From: Lepidodermella squamata
Lineage: Eukaryota > Animalia > Gastrotricha
Assembly (NCBI GenBank): GCA_047495785.1
Contig: JBLDXI010000055.1
Location: 2,019,284-2,083,283 of the forward strand
Direction: 5' to 3'
DNA: 64,000 bases
Shown piece after piece: positions 63,985 through 64,000 of the stretch; positions within the stretch are counted from its first letter, which is position 1, and the number at the start of each line of letters is the position of its first letter. The notes under the pieces were generated by a model. That model had not been told where the DNA came from. It ran no database searches and saw only the letters and a program-made list of their open reading frames with translations. Position numbers and translations under genes: made by a program.

Positions 63985-64000
63985 CTCTCACGAGATGTGT

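Overview
Eukaryotic (invertebrate metazoan) DNA with a compact gene structure (mostly 45-70 bp GT-AG introns) and TTAGGG telomeric repeats; the exact taxon cannot be fixed from this window. 1-44 kb is gene-containing: rapsyn (+); a tightly packed, operon-like run of six minus-strand genes (RS/S1-domain chimera, SELENOF with an in-frame Sec TGA and a type II SECIS, an N-terminally truncated CWC25, REXO2, KTI12, SMU1); a decayed L2/CR1 LINE; a short-chain type IV-like collagen; several MITEs; an RPA-like OB-fold fragment; and a four-and-a-half-LIM gene. From about 43.65 kb the window looks subtelomeric. A 2.3 kb cassette holds an E2F/Myb-motif cluster and an intronless, very divergent TBP-family gene, bracketed by CCCTAA-type repeats on the left and (TTAGGG)n on the right. 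It is followed by an 18 kb array of a non-coding 4818-bp element (202-bp terminal repeat H plus body B with about 17 diverged 178-bp monomers), arranged Tel-H-B-H-B-H-Tel-H-B-H-foldback inversion. The element joins telomere tracts through its own GTTAGGGTTA seed and ends at the same nucleotide twice. This telomere-attached element is the best candidate for an undescribed system (TALT-like template or non-autonomous telomere-priming element). All gene names come from recognising motifs by eye; no database search was run.
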